Shown piece by piece: positions 26,739 to 34,566 of a DNA stretch of 38,453 bases. The translations under genes were made by a program, and so were the position numbers. Positions within the stretch are counted from its first letter, which is position 1, and each line of letters opens with the position of its first letter. Source of the DNA: Nitrospiraceae bacterium (GTDB lineage Bacteria > Nitrospirota > Nitrospiria > Nitrospirales > Nitrospiraceae); assembly GCA_035698625.1 (NCBI GenBank), contig DASSBQ010000310.1, positions 1 through 38,453 of the forward strand, given 5' to 3'. Below the pieces are notes generated by a model. That model did no database searches and was not told the DNA's origin. It worked only from the letters and a program-made list of their open reading frames with translations.

Positions 26739-26747
26739 TTCGTCACT

Positions 26748-26786
26748 ATCGCCCTTGCCTCCGCTAGGCTACAATGCAAGGGCGAT
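26748..26786 (+). promoter_or_regulatory. 11-bp perfect inverted repeat whose 3' arm includes the first two bases of the ttcA start codon
   Basis: ATCGCCCTTGC (26748-26758) and GCAAGGGCGAT (26776-26786) are exact reverse complements with a 17-nt loop. The loop ends in TACAAT (26770-26775), a -10-like hexamer 9 nt before the ATG. Confidence 0.5.
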
Positions 26787-27657
26787 GACGACTCTCTACC
26801 GCCCCGGCTCTCACACGGATCACCCGTCGGGTTCAAGCAATGCCGTCGAAAAATTGCATGTCCGGCTGTGCCGTCAGGTCGGCCAGGCGATCTCCGACTA
26901 CGCTCTGATTGAAGAAGGGGACGTCGTCATGGTCTGTCTATCCGGGGGAAAAGACAGCTATGGGCTCCTGGACATTCTGCTGTCGATGCGCCGTCGCTCG
27001 CCGGTTCGCTTTGACCTGATTGCGGTCAACTTGGATCAGAAGCAGCCGGGATTTCCGGCGCATGTTCTGCCCGATTACCTGTCCAGGCTCGGAATCCGAT
27101 TTCATATCGAGACCCGCGACACCTACTCGATCGTGAAGCGGCTGATTCCTGAAGGAGCGACTACGTGTTCCTTGTGTTCGCGGCTCCGTCGCGGGCATTT
27201 ATACCGGCTCGCGGGGGAACTGGGGGCGACGAAGATTGCACTGGGCCATCATCGGGACGATATCCTGGAAACACTGCTCTTGAATCTTTTCTTTACCGGG
27301 AAGCTTAAAGCGATGCCGCCGAAACTTCGGTCCAAGGACGGCCGCCATGTCGTGATTCGTCCGCTCGCCTACGTGAAGGAGCGGGATCTGGCTCGTTATG
27401 CCGAATTGAAAGCCTTTCCCATCATTCCATGCGATCTCTGCGGCTCCCAAACCGATCTGAAGCGCCGGCAGGTCAAGGCCATGCTGGCCGATTGGGATCA
27501 GCGCTTTCCGGGATCCAACGACAGCCTCTTTGCCGCGCTGTCAAATGTGGCGCCGTCGCTGCTGCTTGACCGGCAGCTCTTTGATTTTGTCGCGCTCGGC
27601 TCCGCCACGGACACCGAAAGCCCGATAGCTGGGGCCCGCGATGAAGAAGACGACTAG
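26785..27657 (+). CDS. ttcA: tRNA 2-thiocytidine(32) synthetase TtcA
   Basis: PP-loop [20 protein letters not shown] and the CDLCGSQ cysteine pairs. N-terminal length matches TtcA when started at the ATG at 26785. The tracked start at 26572 runs through the repeat and overlaps the Lon-like gene. Confidence 0.9.
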   Translation: MTTLYRPGSHTDHPSGSSNAVEKLHVRLCRQVGQAISDYALIEEGDVVMVCLSGGKDSYGLLDILLSMRRRSPVRFDLIAVNLDQKQPGFPAHVLPDYLSRLGIRFHIETRDTYSIVKRLIPEGATTCSLCSRLRRGHLYRLAGELGATKIALGHHRDDILETLLLNLFFTGKLKAMPPKLRSKDGRHVVIRPLAYVKERDLARYAELKAFPIIPCDLCGSQTDLKRRQVKAMLADWDQRFPGSNDSLFAALSNVAPSLLLDRQLFDFVALGSATDTESPIAGARDEEDD

Positions 27658-27683
27658 GGCCACCAGGACCGGGCCGTATCGAG

Positions 27684-28619
27684 ATGAGCAACCAGCCCTG
27701 GAATGATCGGCACAAAATACTGGTGCTTTGCGTGCTGGCATGCACGCTCCTAGCGGGCGGGGAAGCATTTTCCGCTGCCGGTGTTCCGGCGGATCGGGCT
27801 GCGGTCAGAATCATGCCGCTTGGAGATTCCGTCACGGAATCGGGCAACGGGCATCCCAGTTACCGTTACTTTCTCTGGCAACGCCTGACGGCAGATGGTG
27901 TGCGAATGGATTTTGTCGGCTCGAAGCTCAGCCGGCCGGAGGAGCGGCTCGATGCCTCCGGTTTCGACGGCCATCACGAGGGCCACAGCGGTTGGCGAAC
28001 GGATCAGGTCCTTGCGCGAATTTCGGTCTGGGCTCTGAATGCCCGCCCCGACATCGTATTGCTCCATCTCGGGCATAACGACTTATGGCAAGGCAAGGGA
28101 CCGGCGAACACGCTCGAGGATCTGGCCGGCATCCTTGAGCACCTGCGTCGAGTGAATCCGCGTGTCTCGATATTGATCGCGCAGATTATTCCTTCCAACT
28201 CCATACCCATGCAGATGACCGCAGAGTTGAATGAAGGCATAGCGGAACTGGCTCTGGCGACCTCCACCGGCTCCTCTCCCGTGATAGCCGTGGATCACAG
28301 CACCGGGTTTCATGTCGAGACCATGACCCGGGACGGCACGCATCCAAATGATGAAGGGGAACGCCGCATGGCGGATCGTTGGTATGATGCTTTGCGCCCG
28401 TTATTATTAAATGGCAAGCGAATGCGGTCGACAGCCGGGGCGCGGTTACGACCGGCGGCGCAGGCGAAATCGGTAATGGCAGACGACACATCGGAAGGGA
28501 TAATATCCGACCAGATGGAGAACAAAATCTTTCCAGCCATGGCGGCCGACCCGCTTGGCATTCCCCGAGCACATGGGACAATAGACCATAGGACGTTTCC
28601 TGCTGAAAAAAGCGAGTGA
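27684..28619 (+). CDS. secreted SGNH/GDSL-family hydrolase (esterase/lipase-like)
   Basis: Signal peptide (ILVLCVLACTLLAGGEAFSA). SGNH blocks: I LGDSVT, III GHNDL, V DGTHPN. A ~70-aa C-terminal tail has no motif. Confidence 0.75.
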   Translation: MSNQPWNDRHKILVLCVLACTLLAGGEAFSAAGVPADRAAVRIMPLGDSVTESGNGHPSYRYFLWQRLTADGVRMDFVGSKLSRPEERLDASGFDGHHEGHSGWRTDQVLARISVWALNARPDIVLLHLGHNDLWQGKGPANTLEDLAGILEHLRRVNPRVSILIAQIIPSNSIPMQMTAELNEGIAELALATSTGSSPVIAVDHSTGFHVETMTRDGTHPNDEGERRMADRWYDALRPLLLNGKRMRSTAGARLRPAAQAKSVMADDTSEGIISDQMENKIFPAMAADPLGIPRAHGTIDHRTFPAEKSE

Positions 28620-28704
28620 TGTCTTCACTCGGCCACCGGGTCGCCAAGGCGCGCTAGTGTGACGAACCCATCCTTTGTGCGCAACAAGATTATAGGCTTA
28701 CGCC

Positions 28705-29145
28705 ATGTCAAGCCAATCGACTCCCGATAGAGAAGAGATCAAGCCGGCCGAGCCGCCTCTCTGGTCGATTGGACTGGCCGCTGCCGTGATCCTCGTGGCC
28801 CCGATGGTCGTGTATAGTCTGGCGCCCGCCGGACCGATCAGGGAGGGGGACACAGTGTTCTCGAACGGCAGCCACAAAGTGGAATTGTCCGAGCCCGACC
28901 GCTACAAAAACGTCGGATACGAACACACTTGCATGCTCGATCCCAAAGATCCGTTGATCGTCACGCATGGGCCGGTCGATGAAGGCAACGGGACGATGAT
29001 CGCTCAAGTGCAAGGAAAGAGTCGAATCGAATGGCCCTTCTGCCCGCCTCAAGCCGAAATCCTGCTCAAGCCGCACCAGTTCGAGCAGAACCCGAATGTC
29101 CTGCAGGATATCAAAAACAGCTTCATCCGGATTTTCGGAGGTTAA
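28705..29145 (+). CDS. hypothetical single-pass membrane protein
   Basis: 146-aa ATG ORF with one TM helix (LWSIGLAAAVILVAPMVVYSL) and no recognisable domain. Its stop overlaps the convergent msrA stop (TTAA at 29142-29145). Confidence 0.55.
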   Translation: MSSQSTPDREEIKPAEPPLWSIGLAAAVILVAPMVVYSLAPAGPIREGDTVFSNGSHKVELSEPDRYKNVGYEHTCMLDPKDPLIVTHGPVDEGNGTMIAQVQGKSRIEWPFCPPQAEILLKPHQFEQNPNVLQDIKNSFIRIFGG

Positions 29146-29705
29146 TGCTTCAGTTTCGCGGCAAATTGCTTGCGGAATTTGGCGACCTTCGGCCCGACAA
29201 CATAGGAACAATAGCCTTGGAGCGGGTTCTGCGCGAAGTATTCCTGGTGATAGGGTTCGGCCTCATACCACTGCGCCGCCGGCTGGAGCTCGGTCACAAT
29301 GGGATTCGGATACACCTTCTCTTTGGTCAGCTCCGCGATGACTTCATCGGCCGTGTGCCGCTGAGCCGCGGTGTGATAAAAAATCGCGGACCGATACTGC
29401 GTTCCCACGTCATTTCCTTGACGATTCAGGGTCGTAGGGTCGTGGATCGTGAAGAAAATCTCCAGCAACTCGCGATACGAGATTACCGCCGGGTCGAACG
29501 TGATTTTCACCGCTTCGGCATGCCCCGTTCCTCCCCCGCAGACCTGTTCATAGGTAGGCTGCTGAGTCGCTCCTCCGATGTAGCCTGATTCCACCGATTC
29601 CACACCCATGACCTGATCGTACACGGCTTCGAGACACCAGAAGCAGCCGCCGGCCAGGGTGGCTGTTTCATACGCTGATGATGTGTGCGCCATAGATCCC
29701 GCCAC
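29142..29705 (-). CDS. msrA: peptide-methionine (S)-S-oxide reductase
   Basis: GGCFWCLEAVY active-site motif, GHAEAVKITFDP and NRQG.D.G.QYRS. The tracked start is GTG at 29705; the ATG at 29693 is an alternative. Confidence 0.93.
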   Translation of the reverse strand: MAGSMAHTSSAYETATLAGGCFWCLEAVYDQVMGVESVESGYIGGATQQPTYEQVCGGGTGHAEAVKITFDPAVISYRELLEIFFTIHDPTTLNRQGNDVGTQYRSAIFYHTAAQRHTADEVIAELTKEKVYPNPIVTELQPAAQWYEAEPYHQEYFAQNPLQGYCSYVVGPKVAKFRKQFAAKLKH

Positions 29706-29847
29706 AAGATATGGTCTTGTACCAATCTCCTATTCCTATATCACCATTCACTCGCTTACTACCACCTCCCGCGCCCTGGACGAACACGACGCCGATTTGT
29801 TTAAATCGCTAGGTCGCCGCGCCGAGCCGTGGTACTGGTTTCGAAGC

Positions 29848-30813
29848 ATGCCCATTTATTTTCGAAGAGAATCCGAGCTGTCCCCCCACCAGCCGACGGA
29901 CTCAGCCACGCGTGGACTCCGCTCCTCGCTGTCCGTTCTCCACCGAGTTGCGATGGTTCTCGGATGCCTGACGGTTTGCGCCCTGGTGGCACCGATCTCC
30001 GCATTCTCCTCATCGACGCTGTTGCCCATCGATATTCGCGTTGATATTCCCCGCACCTTGCTGTTCGGCTCGCTGCCCACGAACCGCGGACTCACCCTGT
30101 CCGTACACGTCCATGAACAGGCGGCTGAACGCGGCGAACAGCTCGTCGCAATTTTCGAGAGCCCCGCATTCGCCCAACAAATCAGCCCGCTTGTCGCGGA
30201 TCCGGACCGGCAGATTCTTGCCACGAGCGTCGCCTTGGGACCGATCTCCGCTTCGATCGGGAGTCCCCCGAAAGCAGCTCCGGTGCATATCGCCATTGCC
30301 CGGCAACGGGGATTGCACTTCGAGGAACGAGCGCGCAGAACCGTGTTTGTCACGGTGGCGGTTCCCGGGTATACCGACCATGGCTCGCGGCCGCCGATCA
30401 TCCGTTTTGATGGACTGTCGTATGAGGCGGCAGACCCGCCGCCATTACAGGGGACGATACTGCAAACGTTCCTCGCAGACCGGATGGAGGAAGCGGACTT
30501 GCTTGGGAACGCCATGCCGAACAGTACAGCGGGATATTGGAAGATGGTCAACGGCATGATCCATCGACAGATCGACCGAGAGATGCCTTCTCGCCTGGCG
30601 ACTCCGGCGCGGCGAATGCCGATCGTGCATTTTCGCCTGTATACCAACGGGGAAGCTCAGCTCATAGAGGTTGAACGAAGCTCCGGGGATCTCGAATTGG
30701 ACCAGTCGGCGGTCTTAGCAGTCGTGAACGCCCATCCCTTTCCTCCTTTGCCCGCCAGCGCCCACGAGTCGCATGTGGATGTGCACGTCAACATGTCTGC
30801 GCCATCTCCCTGA
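29848..30813 (+). CDS. TonB C-terminal-domain protein (membrane-anchored energy-transducer-like)
   Basis: The C-terminus IVHFRLYTNGEAQLIEVERSSGDLELDQSAVLAVVNAHPFPPLP fits the TonB_C pattern. TM anchor VAMVLGCLTVCALVAPISAF. I use the ATG at 29848 because the tracked GTG at 29659 would overlap the divergent msrA 5' end. The start remains uncertain; ATG 29953 is also possible. Confidence 0.65.
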   Translation: MPIYFRRESELSPHQPTDSATRGLRSSLSVLHRVAMVLGCLTVCALVAPISAFSSSTLLPIDIRVDIPRTLLFGSLPTNRGLTLSVHVHEQAAERGEQLVAIFESPAFAQQISPLVADPDRQILATSVALGPISASIGSPPKAAPVHIAIARQRGLHFEERARRTVFVTVAVPGYTDHGSRPPIIRFDGLSYEAADPPPLQGTILQTFLADRMEEADLLGNAMPNSTAGYWKMVNGMIHRQIDREMPSRLATPARRMPIVHFRLYTNGEAQLIEVERSSGDLELDQSAVLAVVNAHPFPPLPASAHESHVDVHVNMSAPSP

Positions 30814-30866
30814 TCCCGGTACGGCACATTCTCTCATTAGCTGCCTCCTGTTCACCGCGAACGCCG

Positions 30867-31187
30867 CTAATTATTTTGAGTGGTCCCCAGCCACAGGATG
30901 AACCGCTGCAGCCGTTCCAGTTCCTCGGCATGCAGGTGGATGAACTCCAGGCCAAAACTCGACATGTTGGTCCACCGCACATGAGCCACCTCAACCCTGA
31001 GCGGAGCGTTGGGCTCAGGCAGCTGTACTCGGAGGGCGATAAAGGCGTGCGCCGGCACTGATTCGTCGCTCTTGACCGCGCACCCGTCTCGCGACAGACT
31101 CGTCACGATCCCTCCGCCCGCCACCTCGCTTCCGGAAAACGAAAAAGGGAGTTCTACTTCGTAACGGACCGCTTCTCGACGTTCCAT
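30867..31187 (-). CDS. stand-alone PilZ-domain protein (putative c-di-GMP receptor)
   Basis: RREAVR (RxxxR) followed by IVTSLSRDGCAV (DxSxxG-like), in a ~105-aa beta-barrel-sized protein. GAGG lies 5 nt before the ATG at 31187. The tracked start is a GTG at 31193. Confidence 0.7.
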   Translation of the reverse strand: MERREAVRYEVELPFSFSGSEVAGGGIVTSLSRDGCAVKSDESVPAHAFIALRVQLPEPNAPLRVEVAHVRWTNMSSFGLEFIHLHAEELERLQRFILWLGTTQNN

Positions 31188-31499
31188 CGACACCTCACTC
31201 CATCAGCCGCCGCTATCCTCGTGAGGGATACCTGTTTCAAGCACGCAAATCAATGTCCGAACCGCTCCAGATCGAGAACCAAGCGGGCTCATGTCTATCC
31301 AATCGGATACGCTCTGTATCATTTTGACACGCCGGGTTCAGCGCAGGCCCGAAGAACCGTACACGGTTGCCCGACAGAACGTGTGAAATCATTGGGGATC
31401 GTACTTCTGTATTTAATTGGAGGCCGCAGCGTAACCCGGCATGGCTATTGCTCGACAGTCCTTACAGCAACCTGAAACAGACAGTGGAAGGCAAAGCGA

Positions 31500-31751
31500 A
31501 TGTTGGGGACAGAGATGGCTCACCTACCGGCCATGATCATGACCGTCCGAGAATTAGGAGTGGGCCGTGCGGTATTTAATCTCCTTGTGGCGTTTCTTCC
31601 CCTTTCCCTTGGATGGCTGATGGCTACCTGGCTTGCCGGAGGTCGAGGCAGTGCGGCAGCCAGTTGTCTTATCATGATGATCTGCCGATCCTTCCGCGTG
31701 CACGCGGCCGCTCATCTGGCGACTTTTTTTGGGCTTGGCTGGAGCCGGTAA
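31500..31751 (+). CDS. possible 83-aa two-TM membrane protein (hypothetical)
   Basis: The ATG at 31500 is preceded by GGAAGG 8 nt upstream. Two hydrophobic segments (AVFNLLVAFLPLSLGWLMATWLA and AAASCLIMMIC...LATFFGLGW). It ends 1 nt from the convergent DUF3422 gene stop. No homology recognised. Confidence 0.4.
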   Translation: MLGTEMAHLPAMIMTVRELGVGRAVFNLLVAFLPLSLGWLMATWLAGGRGSAAASCLIMMICRSFRVHAAAHLATFFGLGWSR

Positions 31752-31752
31752 T

Positions 31753-33132
31753 TCAGTGCCGGGCCAGATTCGACATCCGCCTTCTGATGATTCTCCGACC
31801 GACAGCCATCAACCCAAACGACAGCCCGAACGCGATGGGAATGAACAGGGCTGTGGCAAGCGTAGCGCTCTTCAACCAGCCTGCTTCGTAGAAGGCTTTG
31901 AAAAGATACTGCGCCAGTCCCGTTAAGTAATAGGTAATGACGATCACGGATAAACTTTCCACGGTTCGCTGGAGAATCGCCTGGCCGCGTGTGGTGGAAT
32001 CCACGCTGGCCAATAACTTAATGTTCTGGTCCTGAAGGGCAAGGTTTTGTTCCTGCAGCCGCAACTCGATCTGCGTGCGGAGTACTGCCACCGTCGCCTC
32101 GAAATCCTTCTCCATCGCATCGATCCGCCGTAAAAGCTGCTGGTATCCGTCGGTCACACCCGTGATCTTCCAATAGATAGATTCGGATATCGGCCGGAGG
32201 GGGGGATAGGGTCGTTCCTGCATCGCGCCGAGGTTGCCTCGCACGATACTGTCATACGGCACGGATGCCGACAACCGGTAGCGCATAGATTCCGCCAAGC
32301 GGCTGACTTGGAGCAGGTCTTGAGTCAGCACCGTCAGCCATTTCTGTAAGGTCTGCGGGTTGGACGCACCTAACTGTTCGCTGAGCACCGCCCGCTGATA
32401 CAGATGCCGCTGTTCATAGTCGTGAATCTGATCGACCGCCCGGGAGAAGGCTTGAAAAGGCAGCATCACCAGATGGTAATAATTTTCGACCGCGACGACC
32501 GTGTCCACGATTTTTGTGACATAGTACTGCAGTACTTCCGTGTTCGGCGAACACACAAGGTACCGTTCCCGATTATCCGGGTCCGGGGTGAAACTGGTCG
32601 CCGCGACGATATCCTGACCGAAGATTCGGCTGCCGTACACATGCGGTCCGGACAGGGTACTTGCAAGATGCTCCTGGGACGGAAGAGGTTGCGGGAGAAT
32701 CAGAATGTCGAGAGCGTTGACGCGCACACCAAGCGGGCTCACGGGGAACACATAGTCCGGATAGGTCAGAGGTCCGAACGCCAGGGGACGAGTCGCATCC
32801 CGCGCGATATGCCATACCTGGTAGCTGTAGTACTCGGTGTGGGCCTCCCATACCACGACCAGCCGATCGCCGTTCGGCGCTGATTTGGCGCCATACCCGA
32901 ACTTCTCTTGAACCTCCGCCTCCTTGATTTCCAGCGAGTCAAGAACCTGCTGAAACTCCTTTCGGCTTAAAGGACGTTCCACCGGAGGATTGGCCATCCG
33001 ATGCGCAACATGGTGAATGTGGGCAGGCGCCCCAAGCATGTGAAACAATCGCGGCTTTGCCGGCAGATGGATTCTGCCGAGCACCTCCGGCGGTCGTGAG
33101 GTCCGCGCGGTTTGTTCGGCCTGATCACTCAT
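31753..33132 (-). CDS. DUF3422-like protein: large cytoplasmic domain, coiled coil and C-terminal two-TM hairpin
   Basis: 459-aa ATG ORF. WEAHTEYYSY and TVESLSVIVITYYLTGL match my recollection of the DUF3422/COG4949 signature (WERHTEF and TVEGLS..AI.YY). Two terminal TM helices give a CorA-like topology. Confidence 0.65.
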   Translation of the reverse strand: MSDQAEQTARTSRPPEVLGRIHLPAKPRLFHMLGAPAHIHHVAHRMANPPVERPLSRKEFQQVLDSLEIKEAEVQEKFGYGAKSAPNGDRLVVVWEAHTEYYSYQVWHIARDATRPLAFGPLTYPDYVFPVSPLGVRVNALDILILPQPLPSQEHLASTLSGPHVYGSRIFGQDIVAATSFTPDPDNRERYLVCSPNTEVLQYYVTKIVDTVVAVENYYHLVMLPFQAFSRAVDQIHDYEQRHLYQRAVLSEQLGASNPQTLQKWLTVLTQDLLQVSRLAESMRYRLSASVPYDSIVRGNLGAMQERPYPPLRPISESIYWKITGVTDGYQQLLRRIDAMEKDFEATVAVLRTQIELRLQEQNLALQDQNIKLLASVDSTTRGQAILQRTVESLSVIVITYYLTGLAQYLFKAFYEAGWLKSATLATALFIPIAFGLSFGLMAVGRRIIRRRMSNLARH

Positions 33133-33200
33133 GGAAACACGCCGCTCGCCCTGTTATCTGAACATCGGGAGGGATGCCATCTGCCACAACCGATTGTCCG

Positions 33201-33365
33201 TTATTCGTCCTCATCCTCTTCAATATCCTCGATTCCCTCGTAACTCGTACTTTCGCCCATGGACGCAGCTGCTTTCTCACAAGCGGATTCGATAATCTCC
33301 TCGGCTTCCTCAGGCGTATCTGCGCTGACTAAAAATTTGACGGTAATGCCATAACGTTGGCTCAC
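33201..33365 (-). CDS. untracked 54-codon ORF encoding a highly acidic mini-protein (hypothetical)
   Basis: Hand translation from the GTG at 33365: (M)SQRYGITVKFLVSADTPEEAEEIIESACEKAAASMGESTSYEGIEDIEEDEDE, with TAA at 33201-33203. AAGGGTG lies ~6 nt upstream. It is 68 nt upstream of the DUF3422 gene on the same strand. It is below the track's 60-aa cut-off, and its third-position GC is only moderate. Confidence 0.4.
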   Translation of the reverse strand: MSQRYGITVKFLVSADTPEEAEEIIESACEKAAASMGESTSYEGIEDIEEDEDE

Positions 33366-33504
33366 GAGTCACCCTTTCGATTTAATGGTCTATGGGCGGC
33401 CTTCGGGCCGCGCCACTGTACGCGCTCCAATACCATAAGCTCCGTCGTATTGTCATCTCTGTTCCGGACTTCGATCCAATCCCATGCGCGCCGACACAGC
33501 AAAA

Positions 33505-33540
33505 CATAAAAAAAGCACCTTCCGGACTTCCGGAAGGTGC
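33505..33540 (-). terminator. Rho-independent terminator of the Pal-like gene
   Basis: On the minus strand: GCACCTTCCGG-AAGT-CCGGAAGGTGC, an 11-bp perfect GC-rich stem (33540..33515) followed directly by TTTTTTT (33514..33508). It starts 23 nt after the stop codon at 33564. Confidence 0.9.
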
Positions 33541-33563
33541 CTCGGTCAGACGATGAAGAGTCG

Positions 33564-34325
33564 TTACTTGGCCTTGAGCAGCATATGGCCCCTTCGATTC
33601 TCTTGGTAACAGGCCTCGTCGCTCTCCCGGCAGAAGGGACGATCTTTTCCATACGAAACAATCGTCACTTGCTTCGCGTTGACCCCGAGCTCGACAAGGA
33701 CATTCTTGGCCGCATGCGCGCGTTTCTCTCCGAGCACCAGATTGTAATCATGACTGCCTCGTTCGTCGCAATGTCCCGAGATTCTCAGCTGTGCCGTCGG
33801 ATGGTCCTTGAGCCATCCCGCGTTGCGCGACAGCGTTTCCATGCCGTCCTCCTGCACCAGCCAGCGATTATACTCGTAGAAGACATCCTGAAGTCCCGCC
33901 GCTATGGCAGCCTCTTCCTGGCGCTTGAGCTCCGCATACACGCTATCAGCCCGATCGACCGGACGCAGCATCGTGCCGATTTTGCTCCGGCTTAAGCGTT
34001 CCTCCCCGCTGATCCGGTCCCCCTCGACCGGCGAAAGGCCGCTCAGGCTGCCGGCCTCGGCATCAAGCGAATCTCCTTGGGGCCGAGTCTCCAGACTGAG
34101 AGAAGGATAGGTGTCAGGGGAAAGTTCCTTCCCTGTTGCGGCACGACGATCAGATCGGCCGGCGCCGGCATCCGATCCTGTACCAGCTTGTTCCTGGCCG
34201 CTCCAGTTGCGCGACTGCTCATCGCTTCCGTGATTGAACCACTTCGCAGTGCTACAGCCCTGCATCGAAATAAGAAGACCGCTCAAAATACCGAGCGCGA
34301 TGGTATTGGCATGACCGTACGTCAT
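33564..34325 (-). CDS. OmpA-domain peptidoglycan-associated lipoprotein (Pal-like)
   Basis: Leader TIALGILSGLLISMQGC (lipoprotein-type), then a Ser/Gly/Asp-rich linker. OmpA_C block: VFYEYNRW.V....TL..NA.WLK.HP...L.ISGHCDERGS.DYNL.LGE.RA.A....L. AAGGAG is correctly spaced for the ATG at 34325; the tracked ATG at 34331 is 2 codons upstream. It is not in a tol-pal operon here. Confidence 0.85.
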   Translation of the reverse strand: MTYGHANTIALGILSGLLISMQGCSTAKWFNHGSDEQSRNWSGQEQAGTGSDAGAGRSDRRAATGKELSPDTYPSLSLETRPQGDSLDAEAGSLSGLSPVEGDRISGEERLSRSKIGTMLRPVDRADSVYAELKRQEEAAIAAGLQDVFYEYNRWLVQEDGMETLSRNAGWLKDHPTAQLRISGHCDERGSHDYNLVLGEKRAHAAKNVLVELGVNAKQVTIVSYGKDRPFCRESDEACYQENRRGHMLLKAK

Positions 34326-34566
34326 AGACATTCTCCTTCAGGATCACTCCGTCACAATGAGGTTGAACTAGTAGGGCGGAATGACTCCTCGCTCTCGCTC
34401 AGTCGCTTCCGCTCGGAGATCCGGCGCATGCTAGTAAATATAGCACCGGCGCGCGGATGCGCCCGGCAAGGCAAGGAAGCCGTATCGGACAAGGGAGCCA
34501 CTCTGTATTTCCAATGACTTGGAGAATCAGCCCTGTTCGCTGTTTGAAGGAAAGGGGAGCGCTTTG

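Noticed and set aside
26704-26746. Whether the short repeats could be a CRISPR array or coding low-complexity sequence.
   Set aside because: The units are 7 bp and directly abutting with no spacers. No cas genes are in the window. This is a microsatellite, not a CRISPR.
26572-26784. Tracked N-terminal extension of ttcA running through the heptamer repeat (..[14 protein letters not shown]..).
   Set aside because: It would overlap the Lon-like gene by >100 nt and translate a microsatellite. TtcA proteins align from the ATG at 26785.
29659-29847. GTG-initiated extension of the TonB-C gene overlapping the 5' end of divergent msrA.
   Set aside because: Divergent 5' overlap of ~47 nt is implausible. 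Downstream ATGs give a protein with a sensible N-in membrane anchor.
33362-33661. 99-aa minus-strand ORF spanning the Pal-like gene's terminator. Likewise the 76-aa ORF at 37500-37730.
   Set aside because: The first runs across a strong intrinsic terminator and overlaps the Pal-like gene's 3' end. The second overlaps the exonuclease 3' end. Neither has motifs or ribosome-binding sites.
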